Source: Acidimicrobiales bacterium (GTDB lineage Bacteria; Actinomycetota; Acidimicrobiia; Acidimicrobiales; Aldehydirespiratoraceae). Taken from it: a stretch of 64,000 bases of DNA. The DNA is taken from NCBI GenBank assembly GCA_965116965.1, contig OZ220743.1, positions 303,262 through 367,261 of the forward strand, read 5' to 3'. Every line of letters begins with the position of its first letter. Position 1 is the first letter of the stretch. Position numbers and translations under genes: made by a program. The notes beneath the pieces were generated by a model. That model saw only the letters and a list, made by a program, of their open reading frames with translations. It was not told where the DNA came from and searched no databases. Positions 61,913 through 64,000 of this stretch are shown here, in pieces.

Positions 61913-63310
61913 ATGGAACGGGTCCCCCGGTCGGCCTGGCTGACGCTCGCCGTGGTCTCCGTGGCCGTGTTCATGGTGGCCATGGAACTCACGATCATCG
62001 CGTTGGCCCTGCCCGAGATCCGCGCCGGGCTGGTGGGCACCACTCCTGCCGCGCTGTCGTGGGTGGTGAACGCCTACTCGATCGTGGTGGCCGCGCTGCT
62101 ACTGCTCTCAGGCTGGCTGGCCGACCGCTACGGCCGGCGCCGCATCTTTCGCCTGGGACTGGTGATCTTCGCTCTGGGGTCGATAGCGGCAGGCGCCTCC
62201 ACCAGCATCGGCATGCTCATCGCGGCGCGGGCTCTGCAAGCCGTGGGCGGATCCATGCAGTACCCCGCCGGGCTCGCCCTGCTCCTCGACGCCTTCCCTC
62301 GGACGCGTCACCAGACCGCTATCGGGATCTGGGGCGCCATGGGCGGTCTGGCCGCTGCGCTGGGCCCGACGCTTGGGGCGCTGCTGATCGAGGCCTTCGG
62401 TTGGCGGGCGGTGTTCTACGTCAATGTGCCCGTTGCGGTGGCGTCTCTGCTGCTGGGAGCCCGCATCCTCCCCGAGAGCCGGCTCGACCGCAGCCGCGGC
62501 CGAGTCGACGTGATCGGAGTGCCTCTGGCGTCGTTCGGGGTGGGCGCTGTCATCCTCGGGATCGTGCAGGGAGAGGTGTGGGGGTGGGCAAGTGCGTCCG
62601 CTCTCGCCGCGTTCTCAGCCGGAGCCGCCATGATCGCCGGTTTCGTGGCTCGCAGCCTCCGACATCCGGCCCCTCTGTTCGACCTGGGACTGCTGCGGAT
62701 CCGCACTTTCGTGCTGGGCAATCTGGGCTCGCTGTTCTTCTCCTTCGGATTCTTCGCCCTGATGGTGCCGCTGCCGACGTTCATACAGGACCTGTGGGAC
62801 TGGTCGGTCGTGGAGACGGGCCTCGCCTACGCGGTCGGGCCCATCGTGTCGTTCCTGGTCGCTCCCTGGGCCGGGCGCCTCGCCGACCGGATCGGCAACG
62901 CTCCCCTTCTCACGGTCGGATCGGTCTGCGGTGTGGTCGGTGTGCTGTGGCTCAGGTTCACCATCTCCGACGAGCCCGCGCTGGGCCCGCTGCTGGTGGG
63001 CACGGTGCTGGTGGGAGCGTCGGCCGGTACCGGCTTCTCGCAACTCGTGGGGGCCGCGCTGCGGGACATTCCCGCGGAGCGCTACGCCATGGCCACCGCG
63101 GGGCGCACCACCTTCTTCCAGCTGTCGGTGGCGTTCGCCATCGCGGTGGCGTTCACCGTCATCGGCCAGCCCGTCGACGTCGCCGGCGAGCTGGAGGCCT
63201 ACCGGACGACGTGGATGCTGTGCGCGGGCGCCTACTCCTGCAACCTGGTGCTGTTCGGGGTCGTCTACCCCCGCCGCCGCTTCGCTCGAAGGGCAACCGC
63301 ACCTGGGTGA
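61913..63310 (+). CDS. MFS transporter (14-TM DHA2/EmrB-like)
   Basis: LADRYGRRRIF motif between TM2 and TM3, and about 14 hydrophobic segments. TTG at 61904 or ATG at 61913. Confidence 0.82.
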   Translation: MERVPRSAWLTLAVVSVAVFMVAMELTIIALALPEIRAGLVGTTPAALSWVVNAYSIVVAALLLLSGWLADRYGRRRIFRLGLVIFALGSIAAGASTSIGMLIAARALQAVGGSMQYPAGLALLLDAFPRTRHQTAIGIWGAMGGLAAALGPTLGALLIEAFGWRAVFYVNVPVAVASLLLGARILPESRLDRSRGRVDVIGVPLASFGVGAVILGIVQGEVWGWASASALAAFSAGAAMIAGFVARSLRHPAPLFDLGLLRIRTFVLGNLGSLFFSFGFFALMVPLPTFIQDLWDWSVVETGLAYAVGPIVSFLVAPWAGRLADRIGNAPLLTVGSVCGVVGVLWLRFTISDEPALGPLLVGTVLVGASAGTGFSQLVGAALRDIPAERYAMATAGRTTFFQLSVAFAIAVAFTVIGQPVDVAGELEAYRTTWMLCAGAYSCNLVLFGVVYPRRRFARRATAPG

Positions 63311-63392
63311 CGGGCCGTCAGCTCGCAGCGGCGTCACCCCAGCCCAAGCAACCGGCTGCCATCTGTTCACGCTGGCCCGTAGAGTCGTAGCC

Positions 63393-64000
63393 GTGAAATT
63401 CGGGATCTTCTACGAGCACCAGCTGCCGCGGCCCTGGCGCGACGGCGACGAGCAGAGGCTCTTCAACGAGGCTCTGGAACAGGTCGAGCTGGCCGACCGG
63501 CTCGGCTTCGACTACGCCTGGGAGGTGGAGCACCACTTCCTGGAGGAGTACTCGCACTCCTCCGCGCCGGAGGTGTTCCTGGCCGCGTGCAGCCAGCGCA
63601 CCCGGCGCATCCGGCTGGGTCACGGCATCGTGCTGATGCCCCCCGGCTACAACCATCCCGCCCGGGTGGCCGAGCGGATCGCCACCCTCGACCTGGTGTC
63701 GGGCGGGCGGGTGGACTTCGGCACGGGCGAGTCGTCGTCGATCCTGGAACTGGGGGGCTTCGGCGTCTCCGTGGACGGCAAGCGCCCGGCCTGGCAGGAG
63801 GCCGTCGAGCAGTGCTGCAACATGATGGCCATGGACCCCTACCCGGGCTACGACGGCGACTTCTTCTCGATGCCGTGCCGCAACGTGGTGCCCAAGCCGG
63901 TGCAGAAGCCCCATCCCCCGCTGTGGGTGGCCTGCTCCAACCGGGAGACGATCAAGCTGGCGGCCAGGCTGGGCATGGGCGCGCTCACGTTCTCCTTCGT
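63393..64000 (+). CDS. LLM-class (luciferase-like) flavin/F420-dependent oxidoreductase, 3'-truncated by the window end
   Basis: Hand-translated: VKFGIFYEHQLPRPW...LGFDYAWEVEHHFLEEYSHSSAPEVFL...RIRLGHGIV. The frame is open to position 64000. Confidence 0.78.
   Translation, partial: MKFGIFYEHQLPRPWRDGDEQRLFNEALEQVELADRLGFDYAWEVEHHFLEEYSHSSAPEVFLAACSQRTRRIRLGHGIVLMPPGYNHPARVAERIATLDLVSGGRVDFGTGESSSILELGGFGVSVDGKRPAWQEAVEQCCNMMAMDPYPGYDGDFFSMPCRNVVPKPVQKPHPPLWVACSNRETIKLAARLGMGALTFSF

Noticed and set aside
39841-63390. Other long shadow ORFs: 39841-41655 minus, 42958-44568 minus, 45593-46549 minus, 51129-53564 minus, 55917-57986 plus, 58149-59087 plus, 60240-61751 plus, 61489-63390 plus.
   Set aside because: Each is fully overlapped by a gene with clear family motifs on the other strand or in another frame. 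The translations are low-complexity and rich in R/G/P/A/H/V.

Overview
High-GC (about 65-70% by eye) bacterial chromosome segment. Gene organisation looks actinobacterial: many GTG/TTG starts, ATGA/GTGA start-stop overlaps and at least one leaderless-type promoter. I saw no rRNA, tRNA, CRISPR array, transposase or integrase.

From left to right the window holds four blocks.

(1) 51-12656: a compact orphan type I PKS locus. It comprises an alpha/beta hydrolase, one 3238-aa KS-AT-DH-cMT-ER-KR-ACP-KS megasynthase, a discrete carrier protein, an Sfp-type PPTase and a PhyH-type dioxygenase.

(2) 12.7-22.5 kb: a patchwork redox block. It contains an amidase remnant, a Rieske oxygenase/flavin-reductase chimera, 2-oxoacid dehydrogenase E1 alpha/beta with only an orphan lipoyl domain, a DUF488 gene on the opposite strand, two SDRs, a methenyl-H4MPT cyclohydrolase (Mch) homologue and a Mer-like F420/LLM oxidoreductase.

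(3) 22.9-35.2 kb, minus strand: a BMP-family ABC transporter, an acyl-CoA ligase, hydantoinase/oxoprolinase HyuA/HyuB, and cupin, VOC and histidine-phosphatase genes.

(4) 36.9-61.7 kb: a methylated-amine catabolic island.
- Amt transporter plus three tiny membrane proteins.
- TMAO demethylase Tdm, malyl-CoA lyase, trimethylamine monooxygenase Tmm, malate synthase G and an FAD oxidase.
- An embedded SBP-histidine kinase / REC-PP2C / STAS / RsbW partner-switching module.
- gmaS-mgsABC plus a SoxB-like flavoprotein (N-methylglutamate pathway).

An MFS transporter and a partial LLM oxidoreductase end the window.

A previously unannotated about 43-bp core repeat (MITE/REP-like) occupies four intergenic sites. 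There are also several perfect tandem duplications, candidate pseudogenes and unlisted small ORFs.

All functional calls come from motif and family recognition by eye; no database search was run.
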